A DNA stretch of 64,000 nucleotides from Perkinsus chesapeaki ATCC PRA-425 (taxonomy: Eukaryota > Protista > Perkinsozoa), in assembly GCA_013115145.1 (NCBI GenBank), contig JAAPAO010000017.1, positions 75,440 to 139,439 on the forward strand, given 5' to 3'. Of this stretch, positions 25,303-38,149 are shown in pieces. Every line of letters starts with the position of its first letter. Position 1 is the stretch's first letter. The position numbers and the translations under genes are program-made. The notes under the pieces are model-generated. The model saw only the letters and a program-made list of their open reading frames with translations, was not told the DNA's origin and ran no database searches.

Positions 25303-26241
25303 TTAAACCCTATCAATCGCCGACTCCTCCATGTCGAAGGTGACATGCTGATTGCTTTCATCAGTCTTATGATGCATGAAATGGATTACAATGTAACCGA
25401 TACCAACACAGCAGAGGTATCTGAAATAGGGATATGGACGGCGGAGCGAAGCAGTAACTTACAGGCCGACAAATCCGAGCCAGAAAGTCCACGAGGATAT
25501 CCAAAGAGTACCCATGAAAATCTGAGAGAAAAGATACTCCGAAGAAATGAGGCTTCGGTGCGCACTAGAAAGATTCCTCGGCCCAGATTATTCTTTAGGA
25601 AACCGAACTGCTCGTAGATCATATCCTGAAGCTTCTTAATCTGAAACCAGAAGCGTGAGGAAGAGGGCCAGAAGAACGACGCACCCCAGGCCAGCTGGTG
25701 TTGGACTCGGCAACGGCCAGAACAAATGCGAATATTATCATATATCTGATTGTGAAGTAGCCATACCGCTCCCTCCGCGAACCTTACGCATTCATCACAT
25801 ATAGTGCCGGTGATGCTATATTAAATACATTGAGGAACGATACTATTGAGATGGCCAAAACCGCTAGCGAGCCAACAAATGAAAAAATCTGAAGTCAAGC
25901 ATTTACCGTATCCAAAGGCAAGGCGCTACCTTCAAACGCAGAGGGTTATGTACAACATAGTTCCCGACACCACGAGCGCCGCTGAGCTGAAGAGATAAGA
26001 GGTCGCAGGTTCGATCCGCGGCGGGGGCACTCTATCTTGCTACCACAGTCGAGCCAGCATTGGTGATGACACTTCGGGCTACTCCTGTCTGAAAGCTTTC
26101 CGTCATGGAGCTCTTTCCTATGGGATGCTGCTGGGGCTGCTGAGGGGATGAACCTGACCTTAAACGTATCTTACGCTGCCTCGAAGATTCCTCACCATCA
26201 AAAGGATCTTCTGTTGACATTGATGAGAGATTCACTGACAT
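25303..26241 (-). CDS. COPI-associated / TVP15-like small Golgi membrane protein, multi-exon
   Basis: Spliced NPLRLKIFSFVGSLAVLAI, YMIIFAFVLAVAE and FGFLKNNLGRGIFLIFMGTL match the FGFL....GRG.F..F.G.L pattern of COPI_assoc. Confidence 0.75.
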
Positions 26242-26329
26242 TTATCCTTTCAACTGAACCCTTACTCCCGCGTCACTCCATAACTCCACAGCAGCACACA
26301 GCTTCGAAACACAGTCTGAATTGCGGACA

Positions 26330-28160
26330 GTAGGACCGCATCTGGAAACTTGCGAAAGTCTACGCCTGAGTGATCTTAACCAGGGCCTTCTCGAGGAACG
26401 TAGTGCCTTCAGCGCTTGAGCTTGCCACCTAAAGCGATATCTTCAGCGGTGGGCAGCGGTGGTTCATTACGCTCTTAGTGACCTGAGACTTCATCATCAT
26501 GAACTTGACGAAGTTGCATCCACATTCCTTCTTCCTGAGAAATAGGGGACAGATTAGAGAACAGAGAAACTTGACGTATAAAAAGCTTAATAGAAAACAT
26601 CGCGAACTGTTTGATGCCAGCAGCTTGAGTGTTTCAAGAAGCATTTTCAGACACAAGTCATGTTACTCATATTTGTTCAAGTAGAGAAAGTAGAATTCGA
26701 ATAGGGGATCTATTATTACCACATTTCCGCCAGAAATACTCCTGAACCCCAGTTCTGACTTACATAACTACACACTCCTTGCCATTCTCATCCTTTGCAT
26801 CACGGAACACAGCACGCTCTGCATTGGTGAAGTAAGTACCTATACTCTCTATAGGGAACAATGGGAAGATACCTCAACTTACAGAAGGGTGCATCAAGGC
26901 TTTGTGAGAGGCTCTGAAGGAGGATGGAGCCATCCTTTTCTACACGTAGCCAGTAGTACACAATCACCCTAGTCTTGTCGGCACACCTAATAAAGACCAG
27001 TACAAACCGGCGAGATAGACCGGAAACCTTACATGGGGATCTTGGGGATTGGCGTTACCATGTTGATCCTCTTACACAGTATCTTATCCTCTGGCGCCTT
27101 TTCATCGACAAACCTGAAATACCGGATTCAGAGGATTTCAGATTGTATTGGGAATGCTTTCCTTCGCCCCAGTGTGACTACTTGAGCCACGAGGTCTCCT
27201 CGAAGTCGAAGGCACCTCCTTGCAGCTGCCATTCTTTAACAAGCCCATCCTCAAGGAATGCCTTCATGAGAGTAGAGGTGTTGATAGACTCCAACTCATC
27301 GGCTTCATTCACTACTTCGTATCCATGCTTTGGTAAGGTCACATAGAAATCTATACAAGTGAGGATGCTTTATAAGATACGCCCTTAATGACTAGCAGTG
27401 GGTAGCTTTAATAGTCTAAAGTATAATGCTGCTATTACAGCGTCGTCACACCACCGAAGATGGGCCCCGGGCTATATGCCCTGTGACCAACTAATAAGGT
27501 GCAACGTGAATGTATTATTACATACAGTAACATATAATCCAAACTGAGGTATAACGATATAACGGCGAGCCGAAGTGTTAATTTCATACCAAATTTCCCA
27601 CACATAGTACTGTCAGGACTGTAGGATATTCTACAAGCCCAAGCTCTTATAGCAACCCTTGCATCATTACCTTTCATTTCTGGTATGGTGCATTCATCTG
27701 CCTTATTAAAAACACTCTCGAAGGCGGTTTGTGCAGTTGACATAATATATGTTTTAATCAATGTAATGTCTGAAGCGACTGTACTAGCCCCAGTGTGACG
27801 AACAGAGCTACGTCCTTCTGAATTGGAGTAGTGTCAACACAAAACGCAAGTAATGATAGAATCCATGTAGAGTCCGCATGCTTCTATACAGGACGGGGCC
27901 TTCGATAAAGGCTTGGTCGTGGAAGAGCACTTTCCTTCGGAAGGTTTCACAGTTACTTAATCTAGCACTTGCCAGAGCTTCTTAAGTGTCTCAATAGAAA
28001 GCGCAGAATTGGCTCCACAAAGCCCCAACTATTACTACATTCATGTGGGAAATGATTATGAAGGCCACTGTGGGGTTGACCAGGAAGATATGCCAGGAGA
28101 GAGAGTCGTTGATACCAACGAGACTTATCAAAGAACCCAGTTAGTGTGTCCATGTTTTTC
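26330..28160 (-). CDS. Hypothetical multi-exon protein
   Basis: GT-AG-bounded coding-like segments (IDFYVTLPKHGYEVVNEADELE, FVDEKAPEDKILCKRINMVTPIPK, DGSILLQSLSQ). Family and ends not established. Confidence 0.4.
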
Positions 28161-28436
28161 GAACTAACAAAAATTCGACAAACTGTGGTGATCATAGCGC
28201 TCGCCCAAAAATCAAGTCGAAAGACGAACAGAAGGTAAGTCTACATGGAAACCGGACATGGCGTCTAAGTTCTGAGCTAGAATCCCTGGAAAGTAATAAG
28301 GTATATAATTGACTACATTATAGTTCGCAATCGGTAAGTACGTAGTCAATCACATTGCATCTAGTAAGTCAACTGAGTATGCACAAGTGTCGACAAACCT
28401 TATATGAATGTAACCTAGCATAGTACCATTCCTAGC

Positions 28437-29133
28437 ATGACCAATCTCTCTGACACTGACCTTGCAGAGTTCAGAGAGGTATTCCGGTTGCTGGACACAG
28501 ATGGGAGTGGTAGCATATCCGCGAATGAATTGAAAGGCCTTCTAGACTCCATTGGTGAGCCAGTCGATTTGTCACCAATCGATTGCTAGTATACCTATAG
28601 GCATGAGTTTATCTATGGATGAACTCGAGGAGCTAGTAACCGAGATCGACAAAGATTGCTCTGGTAGCATGGGGATCTCCAACTAACCTGCAAAATATCC
28701 TTTAGGCGCCATTGAATTCGACGAATTCACATCGGTACTTTCACGGGACGTCAATCCACCGTTCTCAGCAGCCGAGGTTGAAGAGGTGAGACCGTACCAT
28801 AATTTCGGGGCCCCCAGCAGCAGCTCGAAAGCAGTCATTCCGAATGATAGCAAGACATGCCCCTCCGGGACATATACGGTTGAAAGATCTCGACGAGGCG
28901 TTGAGAGTTCACCTACGAGACGTAGACCATCACGAGATTAATGACATCATACGCGCCTACATGGTAGGGTTGAGCCATGTTGATAGCTCATACGGTGCTG
29001 TTAGGATTCGACAGTCGGGCATCCTTCGAACCCCGACGGAGAATACATCAATTACCAGAGCTTTATAGACTTGATGATGCGCGAGCTAGTTGTTACTAAA
29101 AAGAAGAAACGCTCTACCAAGAAAAAAACATAA
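28437..29133 (+). CDS. Calmodulin/centrin-like EF-hand protein, multi-exon
   Basis: LAEFREVFRLLDTDGSGSISANEL, ELVTEIDKDCSGS-IEFDEF, YINYQSFIDLM, Lys-rich tail. Confidence 0.88.
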
Positions 29134-29354
29134 ATAGCGAAGTAGCAGCAACTTGTCCCCAATAGTGTGTGCGTTAAAGTTGCCTCAATAACGATCCAAG
29201 TGCCTCAATATGCTACAGAGTAGAGCAAGTACGCTCATGGTATAATGCGTCAAACTCTTGAAGCTTCCTGGCGGACCGAATACGGTCAATTGAAAGCGAG
29301 GCTTGGTTTCGGAACGCTTCCGAGTTGCGTGTTGGTGTATGTAACAGTGGCCGG

Positions 29355-29519
29355 CTCAACACAATCCGGTTGTTATTTGATCTACCCATGGAACTCCATG
29401 ACTCAATATGCTATGCATTGTCATGCAGTAGCATAGATTGGTCCCCCACTGAGGGCGGATCAGGCCAAACTTGGCTTTTATATGGGGACCTATCACCGTA
29501 ATCGAAATGTAGCAATACA
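29355..29519 (+). repeat. 165-bp dispersed repeat, copy 1
   Basis: Ungapped alignment to 36462-36626 with about 13 mismatches (hand count). Confidence 0.92.
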
Positions 29520-29978
29520 GCCTTTCACTCTCTGGACTATCACAAGGCGGGCCAGTCTAGGGCTGTTCTTTATACGTTCACGACATGCCCCGCGGAAGCG
29601 AACCACGCTGGGAGCGCCAATCGCGTCTCCGTTATGGCCGTGCAGTTCCGTTAAAGCTATTGCCCGACTCTGGTTCGGGTGGGAGGCTGCAATCCATCGC
29701 GGGAATGGCAGTAAATAATATTACTAAATGGGTGTCGACATCCATCCTGGATGATCCAGGGTGTACAAGCAAGCGCGTTGAGAGTGTGAAAGATGCACAG
29801 GCACCGGCACTGTAAGCAGTAGAAGATGACGGGATAATCGAATAAAAAAAGAAGAATGGTATCACAAGACACCTGCTATTCATGAACATAAGCCTCGTTA
29901 TTAATATTGATCCGGATCTCGAGGCTTTTGTTGTTATATAGTGATTGATATAAATGTAGATACGCACCCTCAGTGGCT

Positions 29979-32810
29979 ATGAAGTCTTTGTCGCATAAAC
30001 AAGCAGATAACGAAGAAGATGGGCATAGTCACGTATCAGATAGTAACACCAGTGATGATGACGCGACATCATCATTGGACGAGAGGAGTAGTGTTGACAG
30101 TATTGATATAGCCAAGACGCATCAGTGGGAATCCAAAGACAAGGGAAGGACCACAGAACGAACACAAGGGAAGATATACACTATTAAGCAAACGGGGAAA
30201 GAGCTCAACGATGTCACTACACGAATAGAGAACATGATACAAACAGTCATACATGATAATGACAATAATAATGATGATGATGGTGAAGAAATCGCTACAA
30301 AGCAGTATCACATGTGGGACCATTTGGTATAGTTATGTGCGTTGGTTCAGGAAAACTATCAACTCCCAGCGAGAAAAAGATAGAACAAAACGAAGGAATA
30401 TTGTAGAGGATTTGGGTAAGAAAGTCCTCCATAACCAACCTCGGAGATTACTTCTGAATAGTACACGATGCTTCACGACGAAGTAGAACGGTAACCGACA
30501 TGCTCAGTATGATGATGTCGTACAAGGATAATAATAAGGCTGGTAACGTTATTCGTATCGGTCATGTCCAACATATCAGAAGCATTACAATAAAACGAGT
30601 GGACTTAGCGTTATATCTCAGATGATGATGAGTGTTCGGCCGCCCTTGCTGACCACATATTATCAAGGTCATCTAGCCTTAGTAGTGATGCCACTGTACT
30701 TGGTGATGTAAAGACACATATTGACTACTCTGAGGCTGTCGGGGAATATACAATGGAGTCCTGCGCGGTAAGGGACAACTAGTCACATATACTGGGCACC
30801 TCACTTGAGCTACTCCAGACACTTAATAAACTACGGCTGTCCGTCATAGAGGTGCAAGAGAAGCTCCAACATGACAGCCGCGCAGTGAAGTAGTGATAGC
30901 GCTCATGAAAGAGTATTGATAAAATAATAAGGGCTGATGAGATGATGAAGTCTCCAAATACGAAGGAGTCGAATGCAATGAAGAAACTGTTCAATAGCTG
31001 GGAGAGGCACACAACACTCACACAAGAGATTAGTGACCATGAACTGTATAGCAAACTAAGTGTGATGATATCTCAGAGGGTCTGGAAAATGAGTTGAGTA
31101 TCATGGAGGCAGCAATCAGGAGGATAGATGAAGGCTCAGATGGGAAAGGGAATACTCGAAGAGGAAGTACTGCTAACGGAATGTAGGATTTATATACAGT
31201 GCCGTGTACTCTTGCTGTCACAATGAAGGCAGTCTAGAGATCAAACGGATGCGCTCATAGAAGCGGTAAAAAAGAAGACAAGAAGGGAGACTATACGAGG
31301 AGAGATCGAAAAGATAATGCCAAGTGGTGGAAAGATAACGGGAGAAATGAATATGCTTACCCTACAGATAACATGATACTACAAGTGCCAATATTAAACG
31401 ATCCTGATGCCGACGAGGATGTATTGAACGCCGAAGCAGAAAGAGTATTGCAATTGGAATTAGATAAAATGAGAGGAACGCTCGCAATGCTCGAGGAGGA
31501 GATAGCTTATATAGAAGTGAAGACTACATGTCTGCTATGTGTTTACTGTGCTCTCCAATCACTAGGGAGGTACATCCAATATAGCTGATGAGGAATATAC
31601 AACAGAAGACCTTCAAAAGTAAGGCATCAGTGAATATTATTCATGATTATATTCTCTTCTCATTTGGGAATCTATGCCGAGCAGAATGATATTAGTTGGC
31701 AATTTGATCAGAGCGACCGAGACAGTTATCCAAGAAACAAAAGAGCTAAGAGTTGGACTGGTGAGAAAGAAGAAATTGATAGATGTTGCGGAAGGAACGC
31801 TGAAAGCTCTTGATGAGGAGATGGATAGGCTTTTGAGCCAATTACGTGACATGCACAGAGGAGGTCCTGCAGGACCATCAACCGAAGGCAGGTCGGTATT
31901 GGCTCGAATACAAACCAAAACAATTGTAGAGGAAGACGAGCAGTGGGATGCTTTGCGGAAGAGTGCTCAATCTGTTGAATGGGATATTACCCGAGAGGGT
32001 GCGGAAAAGGAGTCTATGTTATTGATGGAGAAATTGGTGACCGCAGGAGATGAATTGGCCAAGTTGATGGAGAAAAAGAGGGTGGGGAAGCTCTCCTGGT
32101 CAAATTTGAGTTTGTTAGTTTGGTAGTGATATCAGATATTACTCAACGCACTAGATGACGCTAGGAAAGAGCTAGCAAATACCAAGCTGAAGGTGGCCAA
32201 ACCGGTTCGGGTAGCTGTAGTTGAAGAGCCTACTTCCGTGAAGGAGAGAAGTGTCCCCGGATTGGCAGCAGAGGTCATCTCCATTCGAATGTGTAAGGCG
32301 ATGCTCGAATGATAGTTTTAGGTTGAAGAGCTACGTAGAACACTACGAAGTCAAACACGAGAAATAAATAACTTGAGAAAAGAGTGGTATGAAGCAAAAG
32401 AGAGAGAAAGAGCCCGAAAAGCGAATGCACGAGTTAGTATACTTGGACGAGCTCAAACGATAACCTTGGAGGAGCTAGAAGTGATTAACGCAGGCCGAGT
32501 TGATGTTATGGACGAGTCTGTTCGTACAGCAGAAGAAATACTTCGACGAGTGAATATGCATGCATCTAATACATGATATTCGCAATTTTAACCAGCGGCT
32601 CTTCAATGGTATTGTACATTCGTTGAGTTATTGTAGCAATTAGAGGTTGCACTACGAGATAGACAACTCGGCAATGATTTGCCGAGAAATCATTTGCGGC
32701 GAAGTCTCAGTGATAGCGTTGAGAAATAAGACGATTGAGTGATGGGGTATGATAGCGTGGACCCGCCGGTGGTAGAGCCGCCAATAATACTTTGGTGTTA
32801 GGGGTTAGAC
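29979..32810 (+). CDS. Large multi-exon coiled-coil / low-complexity hypothetical protein
   Basis: Acidic Ser-rich N-terminus and Glu/Lys/Leu heptad-rich exons (LQLELDKMRGTLAMLEEEIAY, LKALDEEMDRLLSQLRD). 3' end uncertain. Confidence 0.5.
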
Positions 32811-33498
32811 AGATTGATAACCATTACCAGGAGTATAGATAATCGTACTATTGGCAGGAGTGTTGATTCATGACGCTCCATTCCATCACCAAAATGTGGT
32901 TGATAGCTGACTTATGGTTTATTCTTCGAGAGAATTCTCAGCGCTCGCTTTCCCTTTGCTCTCATAACCCCTTCATTGGTTTAATACGACCCTTTCTCAC
33001 TTACTCTCGTACCAAAGTCATTCCGACACCTTTACTTTCTGGCTGGAATTACTTTCTCCTTAGAGAGCAAATAGTATTTGGTCCTGCCTCCCTCGCCTTT
33101 CATTTCTTGAGTTTTGACTCTGCCAGATGTACGATGGTATTACTGAACGCTAACACTGCTGAATATTTTTTTCTTTCACATCTGCGAACATCTCTCATTT
33201 ATGTTGCCTTTGTTTTCATCCCTTCCTCGAACCACATTGACACAGTGTGTGACGCACACAATGACTTTAGGTGTTCCAGCAGTGGTTCATGCAGGATTTT
33301 ATGTTCGGGAGGGATCCGATTCCCCTGGAAGCAGGGATCCATCTACCCCGTTTCACGAAGGTTCCTAGAGGCAGCCTCACTTTTCGAGAAGGTTCCTGCT
33401 CCAGGAATCCTAGAGGAAAGTAGTTCAGAGAATTCGCGCCGCATCGCGCGACCGCTCTAGGGAGGTTCCTGCTCTACAAAGTAGTGCATTGAATTACT

Positions 33499-33523
33499 TG
33501 AGGGCCTCATGATGAGGCCCTCA
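33499..33523. repeat. Perfect palindrome, 12-bp arms with 1-nt centre
   Basis: tgagggcctcat-g-atgaggccctca. Confidence 0.9.
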
Positions 33524-34204
33524 TCAGAGCGAGCAGAGCTGGGCATAGCTTCCTCGAGGGACGTCTGAGGTTCCTGGATGGAACCCTGCCTGGAAGGGTA
33601 CGTATGGGCAGGTGAGGTGACTAACTACTGGAAGACTTCCAGTGAACGCACGAGTGTAGGCTGCCGAATTAGTGTCTTTCCCACTTAGCGATTCTCAAGG
33701 TGGAATTGCTTTATATTCAGGGGCAGCTGCCCTGGGCCTGCCCCCTTTCTCCCGGCTGTAGCTCCATTCTAACAACCTACTTATATGCCGGTTGCTCTGA
33801 GTTTGACAGTTCACGAGACTTGAGAGCCCGAAGCACACTAGTTTCAGCAGCTGAAGCTTAATTGACTTTCCCACATTGTGAGAATGCTTGTCGATCACTT
33901 TATTGTTTCCGCTTAATCCCAACGATTCTATAGCACTTCTATATACTATATACCGATCATGCTATCCGTCAACAATGGACCATTGTCAATGGTGCCTTGG
34001 AAATTCCAATATTATCTGCGATTGTTTTATTGATCTTGTACAACTAAACTATCTTTCTGATTCAAACTGACCTATCAGTACTATGCTGTACGAAATATAG
34101 TACTCCCAAGTGAAAATGAGATAAGATGACTGAGAGTGATGACCTATGATAGAGCGTAACGCCCTGGGGCACCCATGCAGGGCCTGGCGAGCCTCAGTAT
34201 TGAT

Positions 34205-35319
34205 CTAGGGCTTTAGCTTGGCAATCCCCAATTTCATTTCGATCGGTTGGTATTCAATATAGTTACCGACAAGCGCACAAGCAGAAAGCTCCCAAGAGTC
34301 ATCCGCGACCTCTGTGATCATAACAGTGCATAACCGGTCTCCAGCATACTTTCTTACATAACCCTTAAACGAGATTTCCAAAGGAACGCCTCCATTTGGT
34401 CCGAGATTGAAGGTTAGTGTTGGCATAAATATCCTCGAAGAGCATTCCATCCGGTATACTTCTTCCTCTTCATCCCATTTGATATCGACCACCGACCCAC
34501 GGATCGTAGAGGCAGCTGATGCGAGTTGCTTCGCCATAACAGCGAAATGCGGTTGTGGAATCCCGATGTATTTGTCACCAGTATGAATAGTGGCTCTCTG
34601 GTTGATCCCCAGAGTTGTTTCTCCTGCCTGTATGGACAGACTGCGTAGCTCTACAACGTAGTCATCAATACTTAACAATAGTACATAACGTAATGGAATC
34701 ACGTATTTTGTTGGATCCACTCCTCCCAGAATGAGATTACCAAAGAATACATCAGGTCGTCCAGTCGGTTTCAGAAAGAGAGTGAAAGTTGCCGTTCTCA
34801 ATACCCTCCTGGATCTCAGCTGGTCCATTAGTGAAAACCCAGTTCCGTCGATGTCAGGTTTGAGACCAAGATAGTTAGCTGCTGGGGAAATAAGGGGAGG
34901 TGGGTCTTGGCCACCAATCAAACCGAAAGAGATCGGACCCACACCAAGAACTTAGCTTCGTATTCAAATACCACCACATCAGCCTGGCCGACTTGGAAAG
35001 TCATTCTCGAACCATGAGGGCAAGGTTCGGGACAGGAGAAGCAGGGGAATATCGAAGTATCACAGGCACCAGGGTGGGTTTCATTTTCGTACCACTCTTT
35101 CCAGACTAACAAAACTGACCTCAACTTGGTATCAACTATAGACCTCATTCTCCCCCCATTGACGGCCATGCTACCATATATGCCGTACCCTTCTTCCGAA
35201 AGCTCTTTGTAAAATATATCGAGTGCGATACCTTTACTCTCGGACTCACTCATTGCCATGAGCCAGATGAGGCATATTAGCATTGGCTTCACATACGAGC
35301 AGCAGAATCGAGAAGTCAT
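34205..35319 (-). pseudogene. Second pepsin-family homolog: frameshifted, both catalytic motifs altered
   Basis: ORFs 34918-35319 and 34205-34942 join if one T is added near 34945 (KFFGVGPISFG, versus NVFGADDISFG in the paralog). Motifs read IVDTKL and ATIHTG. Strong DNA similarity to 22126-23238. Confidence 0.8.
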
Positions 35320-36461
35320 AAGGTCTCAGTAGTGAGATTATAGAAGTATTCGCACGGTGGTTCTTGACGCCGCGGAGCGTGACGTATGCGTGACTCACGC
35401 TTATAGCGCCATGTAGTCGGGTAGTACGGAAGCATCGCTAGGGACTCGACATGGTTATGTTATGGCGTACTCGTATTAAGCTACCCAACTTGCCAAAATA
35501 TAGCACTTGTATTCGAATCTTGGATGGTGAATGGATGAGCTATCTCACTTGCCCATTTGCGACCTGATTATCGCATTATATTCTTGTATGCGCCGTCGCC
35601 TGCTCCCTTGAACATGCGTGTACTAGCATTTGGCGTGTAATGATACCACCTTAACAATGAGGATAAGCATTCTACCCCAGGAGTGAGGAAATAAAACAGG
35701 GTACTTGAATTGAAGTAAAATAATTACTAACGTATAAGCCGGATAAGTGGTTACCTATTACGCAATACCAAGCATGGAAATGTGTATTACATGCGCCCTC
35801 GAAATAAGGTTTTCCTGCGTACATTTTCGTGCGTACTTATCCGTTCGGTAGACTCCATTGGTGCTACTAATGATTTATTACGAACTTAGCAAGTTTAGCT
35901 CCTATAGCAGACAGTTTACATAGACTAACACTCGGTAGGTGCATTATCGGATTTGATCGCCACGGGAGGGAGAATTGTGTAGACAATTTATTTCGAAGGG
36001 ACTCAAAAAGATCAACGTCACCAAATCATCGTTTCAAATCACCGTACGGCCAGAGATAAACCATGTTTGCCACTTTACATCGCGAATCAGGAAGCACTGT
36101 AGTTGGGGTGCAAAAAGATGGTTCTAGTTGAGCGGTTCTACCAAGGGAAGAGCACGAGCAGCAGGAGTCGCAGCTTGCCTCCAACAGTGCATCATAGTCG
36201 TCTAAAAGACACCTAGTGAACACAGAAGCAAAGCCGGACAAACGGATGACAAACTCCCTGCAACTTGCAAGCTGCAAGTATGGTATCGATCTACAAGGAC
36301 TGGTCGATAATTCAATACAGTTCTATAGCGGCCTTGAGCCGCACCAAAGTCTGCTTATCATAACCGCACTGTGCAGTGAGCGTACAGACTGTACAGTATA
36401 ATATACTATGCTGGGAGAATTGTTATTTGTTACTATGGTTCGATACTATCAGGCCGATAGA

Positions 36462-36626
36462 CTCAACACAATTAGGTTGTTATTTGATCTATCAATTGAA
36501 TTCCATGACTCAATATGCTATGCATTGTCATGCAGTAGGACAGATAAGTCCCTCACTGAGGGCGGCTCAGGCCAAACTTGGCTTTTATATGGGGACCTAT
36601 CATCGTAATCGAAATGTAGCAATACA
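36462..36626 (+). repeat. 165-bp dispersed repeat, copy 2
   Basis: About 92% identical to 29355-29519, same orientation. Confidence 0.92.
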
Positions 36627-36773
36627 TAGCATTATTGCCTCCACGAAGCTGAACCGATCCTCCAGCCGAGACCCTCAACCGAAGCATCCACATAATTGCT
36701 GCGGCTGCTGCCATCCTAAGAGGGTTTTATAATCATCTTGTCCTCATTATTTGCCGACTTTGTCGCGCCAGAG

Positions 36774-38120
36774 CTAGCCGCGGCGTTGACCACTCTGCTC
36801 CCAAAGCTGCAAGATGCTGCACCACCTTCGAGCTTCGAAACTGCTAATGACTGAGAAGCATCGGTTGCATAATGCAACTTGCATCATTTGAAGTGTACGT
36901 CGACCTACGCTAGAGTTCTGCATTTTCCCACTGAGTGCAGCACGACTTGACAACACCCTTGCAGCCGTCTGCCATCGTTTCTTGAGAGCTTCCAACTCGG
37001 AGTTCTTGCTATCCACCTCAACTTGCAGACCCTTCAGATCAGTCTGTGCCTGACGCAGGACACTAGCGGATGGCACCAAAATGAGGAGCTCTGCGTGCGG
37101 CGGTACAGTGTACTGATTACACCAAGTGTAGTAGTGCGAATTATGCGGTCTCTCTGTTTCACGTACAGTGCCTCTGTAGTGTTCTGTCTGTACTACAACG
37201 CATGTATCGACTGTGACAATCTGACGCCAGTCAGTCAGGTGAATTTAATGAGATTCAGATAAGTTTATATAGGGTGATTTGGTGACTGTCTTCTTACCCA
37301 TCGTCTGCTACCTCGAGGTTTTGTAATACAAATGCAGGGCGGCGCATCGCACTGTGCGGTAACAATGCACTATGGCCAAATTTGTGGTTACCAATAATGG
37401 ACGGGTTGAGTTTAATCAATTCTGGGTTGGTACACGCATAAAAAAAGTTTGAACTCTCTGTGTTGCACCACAATGACGAAAATACAGGTTTAGGAAAACT
37501 CAGTATGTGAATACTGGAAGCCATGGACGAACCACTTTCGAACTCGAGATGATCCACTAGCTCTACAAAAATGTGCATTCGCAGACACGATCGAGATATC
37601 CCTGCCTCACTTTCTCAACCTCGGCCTTCAAGGCATCGACCTGCCACCTCAGAAAGCGCACTCTCAGGGTAGCATAGGTTAGTGTAGAAAGAACAACAGC
37701 TGCACAAGCTATATAGGGTAGTCGACCTGGTACATATTCACAGCCTGCTATTGTATTTCACCCTCACCTTTCACTTCCTTCAAGGCTCTTGTGATACGAG
37801 ATCGTGCGTGGCTGTCATCGATAAGGCCAAATGCACCGAAGTGACTGAAACAGCTGTCCGGCAAGCGCGGGAGCGGGACACCTACTCTATAGACACTTTA
37901 GTGACCATTGAGGGCTTATTAATTGTTGAGGTCGACGACATTGTTAGTAAAATAATTGGGCAATCAACTGACGGTAGAGATTCCGGTCGTTCCACGAACT
38001 CAATAGAAGAGATGCTATCACGGACAAGTATAATAGCAGGTATCGAGTACCGAACAACTGCCAGACTTGCCAGTGCGGAAGAAGAGCTGAAGCTCTTGAG
38101 ATTCTGCTGTCGCATCATGC
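36774..38120 (-). CDS. Coiled-coil hypothetical exons (separate gene, or 3' end of the ankyrin gene)
   Basis: LRQAQTDLKGLQVEVDSKNSELEALKKRW and adjacent open segments. Confidence 0.3.
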
Positions 38121-38149
38121 TCTACCCAAGCATTGACCAAAGGTGAGAG

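Noticed and set aside
26330-27360. Possible START-like domain in the hypothetical gene
   Set aside because: Only vague motif resemblance (TPIP, DGSILL). Cannot be supported without a profile search.
29746-29760. Short palindromes with 7-9-bp arms (also 47265-47283 and 54086-54100)
   Set aside because: Several 7-bp-arm palindromes are expected by chance in 64 kb. They are not individually significant.
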